The notes under the pieces: generated by a model
Told to the model about the DNA's origin: nothing
Database searches by the model: none
Seen by the model: the letters and a program-made list of their open reading frames with translations, nothing else
Assembly (NCBI RefSeq): GCF_009914755.1
Contig: NC_060935.1
Strand: one strand, 5' to 3'
Length of the DNA stretch: 64,000 nt
Source: the human T2T-CHM13v2.0 reference genome, Homo sapiens
Shown: piece by piece, positions 1 to 18,472 of the stretch
Position numbering within the stretch: position 1 is the first letter of the stretch
How the letters are laid out: each line of letters begins with the position of its first letter
Program-made: the position numbers and the translations under genes

Positions 1-149
1 TTTTCAGGAAAAACTTAGAGACCTGCTTTAAAGCCTCAGAGAAATAGAAACTTGGAAAACTTAAAAAAAATCTGACATGTTCATCATGTCTTAAAATAGG
101 CTTTCAGCTGCTCTTCAAAGTGAGATTATTTACATATATATGTAGATAT

Positions 150-719
150 TTTAAAATCCATTTATTGAGGTATGCTTTATACATAATTAGTAATTTAAAA
201 TGTATAATTTGTTAAATTTTGACATGTATACAGTCATATAGCCACTGTCATCAACATGACAATATTTTAAAAATATTTCCATTACCTTAAAACGTTTTCT
301 GGTGCTCTTTTGCAATAAATGCTTTTCTTCCCCAACCTCAGCTCCTGAAAACCACTGACATGTTTCATATCAATATAATTTTGATTTTTCTAAAATTTTA
401 CATAAATGGAATCTTATAGCATATAGTATTTTGTACCTTGCTCCTTTCACTTAAATTGATGCTTTGACAATAATACAAATGATTCAGGTATCAGTCGCTT
501 CTGCCTTTGTACTGTTGAAGATGATCAATTGTATAGATTGCGTAGATATAACACAGTTTGGGTATCTATTCATCAGATAATGGGCACTTGAGTTGTTTCA
601 AATTTTGGCTATTATGAATATAACATCTATGAACATTTGAGTTTCTGTTTTTGTGTGAATATTTGTTTTCATTTGTCTTGGATACATTCTTAAGAGCAGA
701 ATTACTATGTTGGATGGTA
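150..719 (-). mobile_element. Old L1M-type LINE-1 3' region fragment
   Basis: Degenerate L1M 3' end motifs in antisense (e.g. tttattgaggtat..., cataaatggaatc, gatgggcacttgagttgtttc); boundaries approximate. Confidence 0.6.
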
Positions 720-5071
<4,352 letters not shown>

Positions 5072-5396
5072 TGGTTTGCATGTCTGTCCCCTCCAAATCC
5101 CATCTTGAAATGTGATTCCCAATGTCAGAGGTGGGGCCTAGTGGAAAGTATCAGATCAGAGGCAGATCCCTCATGAGTGACTTAGCACCCTCCCCTTGGT
5201 AATGAGGGAGTTTTTGTTAGGTTTGTTCTTGTGGGTTCTGGTTATTTTAAATAGTCTGAGACTTACCCCTCCTCCATCTTGCTTCTGCTCTCACCATGTG
5301 ATGTGCTGGCTTCCTCTTCACCTTCTGCCATGAGTGGAAACAGAAATATCCTGTCACAGATATGTCTTTATGACAATGCAAAAATGAACTAACACA
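5072..5396 (+). mobile_element. MaLR MST-type LTR
   Basis: Starts tggtttgcatgtctgtcccctccaaatcccatcttgaaatgtgattcccaatg and ends aaaatgaactaacaca, directly followed by the MaLR internal start gaaaattgg. Confidence 0.8.
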
Positions 5397-6920
5397 GAAA
5401 ATTGGAACTGAGGAGTGGAGAATTGCTATAAAAATACCTGAAAATGTGAGAGTGGCTTTAGAATTGAGTAATGGGAAGACACTGGAAGAATTTGGAGATC
5501 CCAGAAGAAGATGGCAAGACAAGGGAAAGTTTGCAACTTCTTAGAGACTTGTTAAGTGATTATGACCAAATTGCTCATAGAAATATGGACAGCGAAGGCC
5601 AAGCTGATAAGGTCTCAGATGAAAATCATGAAGTTATTGAGAACTGGAGCAAAGGTTACCCTTGTTATATCCTAGCAAGGAACTTGGCTGCATTGTATTT
5701 ATATCCTAGGTCTCTGTGTAAGGTTGAACTTAAGAGTGGCAGAAGAAACTTATACGCAGCAAAGCATTCAAGATGTGGCCTGCCTGCTTATGACAGCCTG
5801 GGATCAGATATCAAACAAAATAATTACTTAAAATTGTAACTTATATTTAAAAGAGAAGCAGTACACAAAAGTTTAGAACATTTGCAGCCTGGCGGTGTGG
5901 TAGAGAAGGAATCCAAGTGGCTTGCAGAGCCACCACTTGCCAGAAAGATTAGCATGACTAAAAGGGAGCCAAGTACTAATAGCCAGGACAATGGGCAAAA
6001 GGCCTTAAAGGCATTTCAGAAGTCTTTAGGACATCCCCCTTCCATTACAGGCCCAGAGGCCTTTAGGACATCCCCACTCTGGGCAAGGCCTGCGGTGCTG
6101 CCCAGTGCCACCTAGGGACACCACTCCCTGCATCATGGCTGTTCCACCTTTAGTCATGGCTCAATAAGACCCAGGTACAGCTCAGGTCACAGCTCCAGAG
6201 GGCACAAGCTGTAAGCCTTGGTGGCTTCCACATGATGTTAAGCCTGCAGTTACACAGAATGCAGGAGTGAAGGAGGCTTGGCAGCTTTCACCTAGATTTC
6301 AGAGGAAATACTGAAAGGCCTGGGTGCCCAGGCAGAAGCTTGCTTCAGGTGGAGCCCTTGCACGGAGACTCTACTAGAGCAGTGCTGAAGGGAAATGTGG
6401 TGTTGGAGCCTCCACATGGAGACTCCTATGGGGCACTGCCTGTGGGAATGGGGCCATCACCCACCAGACCCCTGAATGGTAGAGCTAGTGGCAGCTTGCA
6501 CCTTGAGCCCAGAGAAGCTGCAAGCACTTAACTCCAGCCTGTGAGAGCAGCCACAGGGGCTGCACCCTGCAAAGATGCAGGGGTGGAACTGTCTAAGGTC
6601 TTCAGAGTGCACCCCTCACATCAGTGTGCCCAGAATGTGGGACATGGAGTCAAGGGAGATTACACTGGAGCTTTAAGATTTAATGTCTGCCTGCTGGGTT
6701 TCAAATTTGTGTGGGCCAGTTGCCTCTTTCTTTTGGCCAATTTCTCTCTATTTAAATGGGAAATGTCTACACATTGCTTTTACCACCATTGTGTCTTTAG
6801 AGTAAATATCTTGTTTTGATTTTACATGTTCATAGGTGGAAGAAACATGGCCTTGACTCTCAGATTAAATTGAAGACTTTGGACTTTTGAGTTGATGCTG
6901 AGTTGCATTAAGACATTTTG
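5397..6920 (+). mobile_element. MaLR (MST) internal sequence
   Basis: Typical MaLR-int sequence; ORF remnant MGRHWKNLE...DSEGQADKVSDENHEVIENWSKGYPCY resembles the MaLR gag-like ORF. Confidence 0.8.
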
Positions 6921-6924
6921 GGTT

Positions 6925-9505
6925 GGGGACAAAATGGCCAGTTAGATGTAGCTGTGGTCCATGGCACTCATGGAGAGGAATGAAAAGGGGCAAGTGAATA
7001 CAATACCTTCAATTGAAATATCCAGGTTATCATATTAGGAATGAATAGGCAAGCAGTTAAGATCCACAGAGAGTGGGGAGAAGCAGGTTTGAGGTGGGGG
7101 GTGCAGTGATGGCCCACCCAGGAGAAGCTTGGGGCCAAAGAAACCCTCATCCTCAGCCAGGGGAGGTGGTGAGTGTTTGTGTGACTCACCTGGGAAGCCA
7201 TGCTTCTCCCACAGGTCTTTGCAACCTGTGGAGCAGAAGATCCCCTCATGAGCCCACATCACAAGGGCCTTGGGTTTGTTACACAAAGCTGGGCAGAGTC
7301 CTGGCAAAATAGCCACTTACACACATACAAAGACCCAGGAGTTTTGCATGCTCGGGCCAGAGATACTGACAAGGTGGAAAATCCTTCTATACACATCCCT
7401 AGGAAGGAGGCTGAATACAGGGAGTCAAGCAGCATCGTTCTGTAGGCCCCACTTCCATAGTACCTCATGGGTTAAGACCCACTGGGTTAGAATCTGGCCA
7501 GCCAAGGGCAGAGGGTTAAGTCGGCTGGAGACAAGACCTTGTTCCTGAAGGGAAGGACGGCCACCATCTTTATGGTTCAGAGGGAAACAGCCATTCCAGC
7601 TTGCTGGCTGTGGAGAACGCATACAGTCCAGATGAATAGGGGCCCCCACGGTGCAGCACAATGGCCTTGCCAGATCGGGGCCAGACTGCTTCTTTAACCT
7701 GGGCCCTGACATAGTCCTCCTTACTGCGTGGGTCCTTTGTTCCACAGACAGAACTCCGATCTCTCCCTGGCAGGGAGTTCCTGGTAGGAGGGATGACCAC
7801 CATATCTGTGGTTCTGTAGACTCAGCCATCCCAGCCTGCCAGGGGCACAGAAAAGGAAAGGACCCCGGGGCACAGTATAGCTGCCTTACCAGATAGTGGA
7901 CAGACTGCTTCTTTAGCCAGACTACTTCTTTAACCGGGACCCCGACCCACTTCTCCTTACTGGGTGGGTCCTCAGCTCTGCAGACAGAGATCTAATCTCT
8001 CCTTAGGAGGGAACTCCCAAGGGGAGGAGCATCCGCCATCTCTGCAGTTCCCTAAACTCAGCCATTTTGTCCTGCTGGCTGAGGAGAATATGGGCAGTCC
8101 CATATTCATGAAAGAGGCTTCCCCCGACCCAGCACAACATGTTTGCTCTACCAAGAAGCAACCAGACTTCTTCATGGGGTGGGTTCTTGATCCTGTCCCT
8201 CCTGACTGGGTGAGATCTTCCAGTGGGGGACCCCAGCTGCCTCCTGCAGATGCAGGAGAGGCCAAAGAGAGTGGGGTCTGGAGTGGACCCCCAGCAAACC
8301 GCAGCAGCCCTATAGTCGAGTGGCCTGACTGTTAAAAGAAAAACAAACAGAAGACAACTACAATATCAACAACAACAACAAAAGACCTTACAAAAACCCC
8401 ATTCAAAGGTTGGCAACCTCAAAGATCAGAGGTAGATAAGCCTACAAAGATGAGAAAGAATTAATGCAAAATGCTGAAAACTCAAAAAGTCAGAGTGCCT
8501 TTTTCCAAATGACTGCAACACCTCTCCAGCAAGGGCACAGAATTGGGCTGAGGCTGAGATGGATGACTTGGCAGAAGTAGGCTTCGAAAAGTGGGTAATA
8601 GTGAACTTCACTGAGCTAAAGGAGCATGTTGTAACCCAATGCAAAGAAGCTAAGAATCATGATTAAAAAATACAGGAGCTGATAACCAGAATAGCCAGTT
8701 TAGACAAGAGCGTAACTGACCTGATGGAGCTGGAAAACACAACATGAGAAATTTACAATGCAATCACAACTATCAGTAGCAGAATAGACCAAGTGGAGGA
8801 AAGAATCTCAGAGTTTGAAGACTATCTTTCTGAAATAAGACAGGCTGACAAGAATAGAGAAAAAAGAATGAAAAGCAACAAACAAAACCTCTGAGAAATT
8901 TGAGACTATGTAAAAAGACCAAACCTACAATTGATTGGCGTATCTGAAATAGACAAGGAGAATGAAATCAAATTGGAAAACATACTTCAGGATATCATCC
9001 AGGGGAACTTCCCCAATCTAGCAAGACAGGCCAACATTCAAATTCAGGAAATCCAGAGAACCCCAGTAAGATAGTCCATGAGAAGATCAACCCCAAGACA
9101 CGTGTTCATCAGATTCTCCAAGGTCAAAATGAAAGAAAAACTGTTAAGGGCAGCCAGGGAGAAAGACCAGGTCATCTACAAAGGGAAACTCATCAGACTA
9201 ACAGAGGATCTCTCAGCAGAAACCCTACAAGCCAGAAGAGATCGGGGGCCAATATTCAGTATTTTTAAAGATAAGAATTTCCAGCCCAGAATTTCATATC
9301 CAGCCAAACTAAGCTTCATAAGTGAAGGAGAAATAAGATCCTTTACAGACAAGCAAATGCTGAGGGAATTAGTCACCACCAGACCTGCCTGGCAAGAACT
9401 CCTGAAGGAAGCACTAAATATGGAAAGGAAAAATTGTTACCAGCCACTACACAACACAGTGAAGTACACAGACCAGTGACACTATGAAGCAACCACACAA
9501 GTCTG
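6925..9505 (+). mobile_element. LINE-1 (L1PB/L1PA-old) 5'UTR plus ORF1, 3'-truncated
   Basis: Starts ggggacaaaatggcc; ORF1 C-terminal remnant 9078-9479 (RRSTPRHVFIRFSKVKMKEKLLRAAREK...NFQPRISYPAKLSF); ends just after the ORF1 stop. Confidence 0.85.
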
Positions 9506-10560
9506 CATCTGTGTTCGTAAGGTATATTTGGCCTATAGTTTTCTTTTCTTGCAGTGTCTCTCTTTAGCTTTGTCTCTTGTAGTGTCTCTGTTTGTTTTTT
9601 CCTGTCTCTGTTTGGCTGGCCTCATACAATGGGTTTGAAGGTGTTCCTTCCTCTTCAGTTTTTTGGAAGAGTTTGAGAATAATTGGTTGTATTAGTCTGT
9701 TCTCATGCTGCTAATAAAGGCATACCCAAGATGGGGTAATTTATAAAGAAAAAGAGGTTTAGTGGACTCACAGTTTCACATGGCTGGGGAGGCCTCATAA
9801 TCATGGTGGAAGACAAAGGGGGAGAAAGGCACATCTTACATGGTGGCAGGCAAGAGAGCTTGTGCAGGGGAACTCCCATTTATAAAACCATCAGACTTAT
9901 TCACGATCATGAGAACAGTATGGAGGAAACTGTCCCCATGATTCAATTATCTCCATCTGGCCCCACCCTTGACTCATGGGGATTATTACAATTCAAGATG
10001 AGATTTGGGTGGGGACACAGCGCCAAATCATATAATTGGTATTAATTATTCTTTAAGTATTTAGTAGAATTCATCCATGAAGGCATCTGATCGTGGGCCC
10101 CCCTTTTTTTTTTTTTTCTGTGGTTGTTTTTGTTGGGAGGTTTTTGATTGCTGATTTAATCATTTTTGTTCTTACCCTATCATTCTAAGTCCTCTCAATG
10201 CTTTGAGGGAAGTGAGAGAAACAGGTATCTCAGGAAGCTCCCCTAACTGCTGGGCACATTGGATGCGAGCTTCACTCCCTCTTGGTCCTGAGGGAGAAAT
10301 CACGTGATGAGGAGCTCTCTCAGGGCATTGAACTGTGCTAGCTTGGGGACAGGGACTGATGTGGATAAAGTGAAACTGCTCTTCTTACCTGTTTCAATGC
10401 AGCTGTTTTTGGTTATATGTTTGTCTACAGTGCTGCAATTTCTTAACTGAGTTCTGGGATCTCATAAAAGTATTTTGTCCCATATGTGAATAGTAAATCA
10501 GTGTTTCCATGGGGAGATGAGGGCTGTACTTCCTAATTTACCATCTTGCTCGTGTCACTT
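9506..10560 (-). mobile_element. Old L1M ORF2 and probable 5'-end fragments, interrupted by a THE1 LTR
   Basis: Antisense L1 ORF2-like sequence on both sides of the THE1 LTR; ccatcttgct motif near 10540 resembles an L1M 5' end. Confidence 0.5.
9688..10035 (-). mobile_element. THE1 solo LTR (MaLR)
   Basis: tgtattagtctgttctcatgctgctaataaag...gagatttgggtggggacacagcgccaaatcatataa, flanked by the 5-bp TSD TTGGT (9683-9687 and 10036-10040). Confidence 0.9.
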
Positions 10561-13500
10561 TCAATTTCTCTCTTGATGTGCTACTTTGCACATGGCCCCA
10601 AAGTATATCAAGTTGTGGTGCTTCATAAATATTCACAAATAATACATTCTTTCAAAAGTTGTCAGAATCATCACTTGTGGTGGGACCTTGGATCTCACGA
10701 TAATCATCCTTTGTTGATGGGTTAGTCTATGACTTTTGTATTAATAATTTAAATTCTGCCCCAAAGCTGTGACTTATTTATGTTGGATATGGGATCTAGA
10801 CTCCCAGATTAAATACTGCATTATTTTGTTGCCGTTACCACTTAGGAACTTCATTACTAACTTGCTGCCAGTGGAGATAATTCAAAACCAGTAAAAGTTG
10901 CAATCAGTTCACTTTGGCTCAGTACATTTCCCTCAGGATTAATTTCCAAACTTTGAACTTAAAGAAAAAAAAAAAAACAGTCCCTTAGGACATTTACTTA
11001 CAACTAGAAGACAAAAAAATGAGTTTTTAAAAAGCAGGAAGTTTTAGATATTTATTTCTACTCACAAAATGGACACTACATTAAAGAACGTGAACCTTGA
11101 GAGTTTAAAACAGATAGAATAAGATAATATCCTATTTATTTAACCAAATATGAGAGTCCCTTCTTAGTTTCCTGTGCATTAGTGGTAAAATAAATTTGAC
11201 CTCTTCATAACAAAATTCTCATTTAATTAAAAAAATTTAAATGTATGTATTCTGGGTACGAAAATGTAGGAAATGTAGAAAAGTAGAGTGATGGAAAAAT
11301 GCCAGCCATCGTATTACTCAAATTAATCTATGTTAACTATTTGGAGTATTTCATTTCAGCCTATGAGAAATTTTGAAGTGCAATTTAATTATGAATGAAT
11401 GAAGAGGTTTTGAAAGTTCCTTTTCTAAATATTTAGTTCCATATTTACCTATAGGCCTATAGGCCTTTTGTTGTATCCAAGTGAAAGCAACTTCCTCTTT
11501 GCACTTGAACATAACTTCATCTCCAATCCAGACCACCACTGTACAAACTGGTTGGGATACGGGTCTGTTCAAAGCAAATAAGACCATGCTAGACATTTTT
11601 ACGTGTGTGACTGAAGTCAGATACTGAAGCTTGAATCTTATCTTTATTGGGATTTTAACACGATGTGCATGAGTAGAAAAAAAAACCCACATAAGTAATT
11701 TGGGCTTTGCATTTTAGTCTATAGGATAGAAACTTGTGTTTAAAGAACTGTTATCCCACAGACTTGGGGTAGTCTTCTGACAGCTCTCTCTTAAACCAGT
11801 GATGAGAATGGTGAGTAATGAGGAACAAACATAAAAGAAGACCCTTAAAAAGTCATACTGTCACTGATTTTGTAGATGACGAGGCTTTAGGTAATGTAAT
11901 ATCTTCCAACTGTCACAAAATGTCATGAAACAATCTAATAAATGAAGACTGTTTTACTACATTGAATCCATAAAAGAAGTTAAATTGATCTCTTTCGGTG
12001 TTTGGTGGGGACCTTGGAGCATAAGGAAATAGCATTCCAAGGAAAAGTATAAATCAAAATAAAATTTGAGTAAGAAATAATCAAAATAAGATATGTCCGA
12101 TTACAAAGTGTTACACAGACAGAATTATCTGCAATTTCTTATCAGAGGACTATTCTCTTTTCCTACCACCTGGGTTACAGGTATTAGTATAACTGAGGCT
12201 CTCATAGGCTTCTGGCACCAAATGCAGAAAAAAATATTTGCTGTGTTCACTTAGGGGTAGGTGTTTTGCATGAACAAGACCTCAGTAGAGTTCTTTAACC
12301 TAGGGGTTTAGCAACGTAAGTATTATTTATAACTAAGAAGACAAAAACAGTGTTGTGAGTAAACAAAACCCTTTAGTCATACAAAGACATAATTAATATA
12401 ATCTGAATTATACGATGTGGTTTTATTTAATCACTGATTCATTCTCATTAGGATTGTCAAACTCACCAGGTGATGCAGAGCCAGAGGTAGACTCTCAGTT
12501 CTTTTCATGGTACTATTTTTACACCATTCTGTATTTTCAAACACTTTTTCTTACTTTTGGGGTTCTCTAGATTCAGAGGCTTTAAGGTTTGTTTGCCTTT
12601 TATCCGAGCCTTATGTTTCTCTACAAATCAGTGTTCTTATGCCAAAGACTACCAGCAACATACCTATAGTTAAACAAGTAGGGTTTAATTAATCATCACC
12701 ATGAGAAGAGCCCACACCGTGGGGAACCATAGAATATTTAAATAAGAGGGTGTACCAGCTACAGGATTTGGGCTCTGGTACTTTCAGGAAGTATCTAAAA
12801 AAGTAGGGGCTTGCTCTGGATTAAGCATTGTTAGAAAAATGAGGCAATTCTATTACTGAGTATCTCAAAATACCTTATCTATAGTGAGGGTAGACAGAGT
12901 GAGATAAAGGTATAATTGGTAAAGAGACAGCAGTCATTCATTTGGTGAGAAAAGGTGATGTTTGGTATTTTGTGCCACATGATGATCTTGTCTGAAATGG
13001 ATGTTTGGTGAGCTTGTTAACGGGCAATGAGAGAAAATCGTAGCTGTGAGCATCAGATCAGTTTGTACTCACATTAGGGCCTATCTTTGAACCTCAGAGC
13101 AGTTCTGGGTGATAGGGGCTACTTTTTTCTTATACATTACCATAATTCTTTTTACAGTGGCAAAGTGATGTTTCCTTCTTTATATTGAATCCTGTTTCAG
13201 TTGTTAAGGTTATGCTTAGTTGTTGAACATCTCACCCCTCTTTGACGCAAACCAAGCTCTCTGATTCTCTAGGATACTTAGCAACAGTATCAACATCCAC
13301 GGTGACATTCCTATTTCTAACCTTGCTTAACAGCCTTCTGCATCCTACCCTTTCCTGGTGACACTGGTCACACTGCATCATTGCCCTTTCTAACTAATAA
13401 AACCTCAACAAAGCATAAAAATTTGAAGAAAAGAGCTATATACATAGTTACGGGAAACAATAATAGACTTAAAAGGTGATCCTGCTTTCCAAATATAGTC

Positions 13501-14451
13501 TTTAAAGTCATACTGTGTTGGTAAATTAATCACATTTTTATTTGTGATCACAGTGTGTAGAAACTACATTTAGAGATGACTCACATTAATCAGAATAGAA
13601 ATTAATTTACAATAACAAAGATAGTGCTAGACAGCTACACAACTTTTGCTTTTGCCAGAATATTTCCTCCAAATAGAAAAAGTATATGGGAAAACAAAGT
13701 AGGTACATAGGTATTTAGTGAAACTTGAGTCAGAACAAAGGACATTAGTAACCAAATAAAATGTTTAATGGAACTAGGTAAAGATAATCTGAGGCTCCCA
13801 ATGCCACAGCAGGTGTATACCTGACTTGTGTGCAGGATAGACCTTTTCCCTAGAAACAGCATAGGATGATATAGTCTTTTCATTAATCAATCTTTTAAAC
13901 TTGTCTCTTTGCCGTATTGGCTAGGAGAATTAAATATTTTGCCTCTTAACATAGTCAAGATTATTTAAAAGGAAGCATTTCAGGCTAGTGAAAGCTCGTT
14001 ATTTTTCACTCTTCCAATGTCCACATGTGATGACATGTTGTTACTTTATATGAATGATCTCATTTAAGAGCCACAAGCGTCATGTAAGGTAAACAGCAGA
14101 AATTCCTGCCATCATTTTAGAGACGAGCAAGAGCTTAGAGAAGTAATATAACTAATCTAACTCCATGGACATTTAGTGGCTAAACAAATGTTAGACATTA
14201 GCTCTTATAACTCAGGGTCTCGAGTTTTTCTGCCATTCCGTATTACTACATGAAAAATATTTCAGAGACAATGAGGACATAGAATCTTTACTTTTTTTTC
14301 CTGGCTTTCATATCAAGGTTATAATATTTCACTGTTAGTGATGTGTGATGCTTATTCATTCTGCCTACATAATGCCTCACTTCTGTACCGCCGTTCACGT
14401 GAACGAGGTGCCATACAGAGGCAGCATAGCTTAGATGTCCTGAAGTTGCTT

Positions 14452-15322
14452 AGTGTCATGTTCCTTTGGAATGTGGTGACAGTATTGTGCAAATTGACTC
14501 CCTTCATACTTCCTTTACCTCAAGCTATAAATGCGGGGATTCAGAAAAGAAGTCACTACTATAGTGAGGATAGCTGTCACTTTGTCAAAATCCAGCTAAT
14601 ACCTCGGGTTAGGCCTCACACACGTGGAGATGGAGTTTCGGCAGGCAATAAAGATGATGGTGATGTGTGAAGCACAGGTGGAAAAGGCCTCCTGACATCC
14701 TTGGGCTGAGGGGATGCACAGGAGGGAGAAATGATGTAGGCGTAGGATGTGGCATTAAGCACCAGCGAGGTCAGGACCATAAGAGATGATCAAAGGAAGC
14801 TTATCATCTCAATGAAATGAATATCAATACAGGCCACCTGCAGTAAAGGGGCAATGTCACAGAAGAAGGGACTAATTTTTTCAGTACAGTCTGGCAACCT
14901 GGACACCACAATAGTCAGGCGCAACACAGCCAGGAAGGTTCCCATCCAGCATCCCAGAGCCAGCAGGAGGCAGGCCCTGCTTTTTGCAATGATGGTGCTG
15001 CACAGGGGGTCACAGGTTGCCATGCAGTGTTTGAAGGATGTCACTGCCAAGGGGATAAACGCCACTGTCCCTAGAAAGAAGTAGAAATATATTTGGGTGA
15101 TGCAGCCAGAGAACGATATGACTTTTTTCTAAGGAACAAGTCCATTGGGGTTTGGAGACAATTATCTGTCCACATTAAGAAAATGACGAAAAGGTTTCCT
15201 GTTATGGTGAGCATATGAACCAGCCAGAGAAGGACACATAGCCAAATCTGAAGCTCCTGGACAGCAGGAAGGGAGACCGGGTGAATTCAGTTACCATTGT
15301 CTGGTTTCGTATGACCCTTCCA
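14452..15322 (-). pseudogene. OR6M3P: Olfactory receptor family 6 subfamily M pseudogene (probably OR6M3P)
   Basis: Minus-strand translation gives RNQTMVTEF...ITGNLFVIFLMWTDNCLQTPMDLFL / [19 protein letters not shown]...[15 protein letters not shown]...[10 protein letters not shown]...FLNPRIYSLR. It has frameshifts, stops, a decayed MAYDRY motif (TSFKHC) and a TM2 deletion. It closely resembles OR6M1. The symbol is inferred from remembered gene order next to TMEM225. Confidence 0.8.
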
Positions 15323-15772
15323 CTGGAGGGGCAAAAATACAAACAAAGGAAATTAGAACAGTTTAAGATACCCTTCAAATTTTCTATGATCTTGCTAAAT
15401 CTAGAATAGAGAGGACATTCCAGAGGAGAAGGGTCCTAATCCTGTCTGTGACGGTGGCCTGGGGCAAATCAAATGATGTCATTTGGTCTCACTTCTCATC
15501 TATATGATTAACAGTTTGGATTAAAAAAAAAATACACAACTCTATGGTTCCTTTAAACTTTTACTTTTTGATTTCTGTTAAACTTATATATTTCTTCTCT
15601 ATTTCCTTCTTAGATACAAAACCATCCAAGCTCACTGAAGTATATAATAAACTGAAAATTCCCCAAGTTATTTCAATCATATTTTAACCCTTCATTGGCT
15701 ATCCTAGCATATAACATCACATCATACTTTGTTGAGGGAAGAGAAGCAATCAAACAAATTCTATTACCATTT

Positions 15773-16005
15773 TTATTTAGTCCATTTTGCCTCACTGTGA
15801 AGGAATACCTGCAGCTGGGTAACTTATAAGGCAAAGAGGTTTATTTGGCTCACCATTCTGCAGACTGTCCAAGTCATGGCTCCAGCATCTAGTTGGCTTC
15901 TGGGGAAGCCTCAGGAAGCTTCCAGTCACGGCAGAAGGCAAAGGGGGAGCAGAAGTGTCACATGGTGACAGAGGGAACAAAAGGGAGAGGAGGAGGTGCC
16001 AGTAT
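15773..16005 (-). mobile_element. MST-type MaLR LTR fragment
   Basis: aaggaatacctgcagctgggtaacttataag...tttatttggctcaccattctgcag...ggggaagcctcaggaagcttcc. Confidence 0.75.
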
Positions 16006-17921
16006 TTTTCAAAAGAGGATAAGTAAGCCAAAATCAATAGTGCGTATAAGCTTATCCCAGGGATGAAAGAATGGTTGAATATTAAATTTTTGTAAATATT
16101 CTTTCACACTCACAGGTTCAAGGACAAACCACTCTGTCATCTCAATGGACAGAAAAAGTATTTAATATGTTTAAACACGTAGTCATTATAGAAATAGAAA
16201 GAAAGAAATAGAAATAAACTTATTTAATTTTGTATAAAATATTTATCCAAAATTACATAAATTATTATTTCAAATGAGGAAACATTTGAAGAATTGAAAA
16301 TCAGGAATAAGATAAGCATAACCACTATTACTCATTTAATCAACAGTGTATTGAAGAGAGGAATTACACTCTTGCACATCAGTAAGAAAGTAATTTTCTT
16401 TCAGAATATGTCACATTTGTGCAAGAATAGAAACCCCGTAACCCCACAAAACAGACCCATGGAATATAGAGGACTTCGATATATAATTTATGTGTATGGC
16501 AAATCAGTGGCAAAAGAAGAAATTTTCAGAAAATGTGGAAAAAAGAATATATATAAAAATTATATTTTCCATACATATCAATACTATATTTCCATATATA
16601 TGGCTATGCGGGAGCAGGAGGCGAGGATGGAGAAAGAACACATAGGTAGTTGTCATTCATTGATAATGTTCTCATTCTTGGGCAGGTGGTAGATGTTTAT
16701 TTCATTATTAAAAACAAACTAAAATAAAAGAGGGTCATAACTGGAAGAAAGATCAGAATGCATTATGAATCAAAGGTTATGACTGTTCCAATCCCAAGGG
16801 AAGAGGCTGTAAAAACAAAAATGTAACAACAGCAATAGCAAAGTCAACAGTGATATTTTAGTGATGGGTTAAATACTGTATTGGAATAGTGGAGTAGACA
16901 GCCTGTAAGTTTTTGAGAGTCTGTAATTTTATGAAAACTATTCCGGGCATTCTCCAAAAATTTCAGATTAGCCAATCCATAGAAATAGGAGATTTCTCCT
17001 TGTTACAAAGTATCAACTATGATTAGACTAGAGATTTAAATATAAAACCTAAACTTAAACATTTAAAGACATATAAAGAAGTATATTTCTGAAATACTGT
17101 AGGGATGATTTCTCAGCAATGCTAAAGAAATCTTAACCATAAGAGATAATACTAGGGAATTCAAATATTTTAAAATTAAGAATTCTTGCTATTCAAAAGG
17201 GATCTCATACAAAATGAAAATACAAGCCTCCTATTGGACAAGATATTCACAATACCTTTGCTCTGGGATTCTTTTGAGTTGTTAATGTAATGCTGGATTT
17301 CCCTCAATTCATAGCCCATTTAACCATTTAGAATCTTTTATTTAGGACTGTAGCATAGACCATCAGCCCATCACATGTCAAGTAAGTCATTTGAAGAAAA
17401 AGTTGGTTTATTGCTTTATGATAAAATATTTGAGCACAAACTATATAAGGATGGGTAATTGGAAGTGCATAGGTTGTTAATTGCATTCAGCATTATCTAC
17501 TTGAATGCAGAAAATTGAAATATTAGGTCATTCAGTTTATTCATTACCTAGCATTTGAAATTGTTGTTCCTTCTATGTGACTTCAAGTATTTGGTTTTTG
17601 TGTGGAGCTAGCATGTTCCACATGCTACATGCTGCCTTATCTTCAAGTGTTTTCTGAAATCCACTAAACATCTCTTCTTTCTTATGTGTCTTTTCTTGTG
17701 ACATTTTCTCCTTGAGAAAATGCTTTCTTCTTCATCTGTCGGTAGTCCAGTTGCCTATATGCCCAAATGAGATTAAATTTTCATCTTTTGATAAAACAGC
17801 GTTTTTGAAATAAGGCTTTTTTTGTTTGTTTGTTTTGTTTTGTTTTAATCATCTCTAACCCCACAGCTGGCAGTGATCTAAAAAGAAAGAAAGAATTTAT
17901 GGTATTAAAAATTCTGTAACC

Positions 17922-17949
17922 GTGTGTGTGTGTGTGTGTGTGTGTGTGT
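17922..17949. repeat. (GT)n microsatellite
   Basis: About 14 perfect GT units. Confidence 0.95.
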
Positions 17950-18076
17950 AACAAGCTCAACAAGACATTGTTCACAAGGATGATTGATTAAAGACATAAA
18001 TAGCTTAATTTTATATGACTTTTATTGGTAGTTACTAAGGTATGTCTCTTCTAAAGTATTTTCCATGGTTCCTATT

Positions 18077-18472
18077 TTTCATGCACGTCTGTGTGAAGAA
18101 ACCATCAAACAGGCTTTGTGTGAGCAACAAGGCTGTTTATTTCACCTGGGTGCAGGCAGGCCGAGTCCGAAAAGAGAGTCAGCGAAGGGAGATAGGGGTG
18201 GGGCCGTTTGATAAGATTTGCGTTTAAAGGAAAAAGGGGGGTTGTTCTCTGGCAGGCAGGAGTGGGGGGTGGTCACGGGGTGCTCAGTAGGGGAGGTCTT
18301 GAGCCAGGAGAAGGAATTTCACAAGATAATGTCATCAGTTAAGGCAGGAACAGGCCATTTTCACTTCTTTTGTGGTGGAATGTCATCAGTAAAGGCAGGA
18401 ACCAGCCATCTGGATGTGTATGTGCAGGTCACAGGGGATATGATGGCTTAGCTTGGGCTCAGAGGCCTGACA
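18077..18472 (-). mobile_element. HERV-H 3' LTR (LTR7)
   Basis: Minus strand runs tgtcaggcctctgagcccaagctaagcc...catgaaa. TATA is mutated to TATCAAA; AATAAA is retained. Purine-rich PPT-like tract at ~18473-18490. Confidence 0.95.

Noticed and set aside
11351-11692. 113-aa ORF and a 16-bp palindrome cctataggcctatagg (11448-11463)
   Set aside because: No recognisable homology; the palindrome is an 8-bp self-complementary unit duplicated once.
12630-13110. Possible old ERVL-type LTR
   Set aside because: Resemblance is too weak to name a family or set boundaries without a search.
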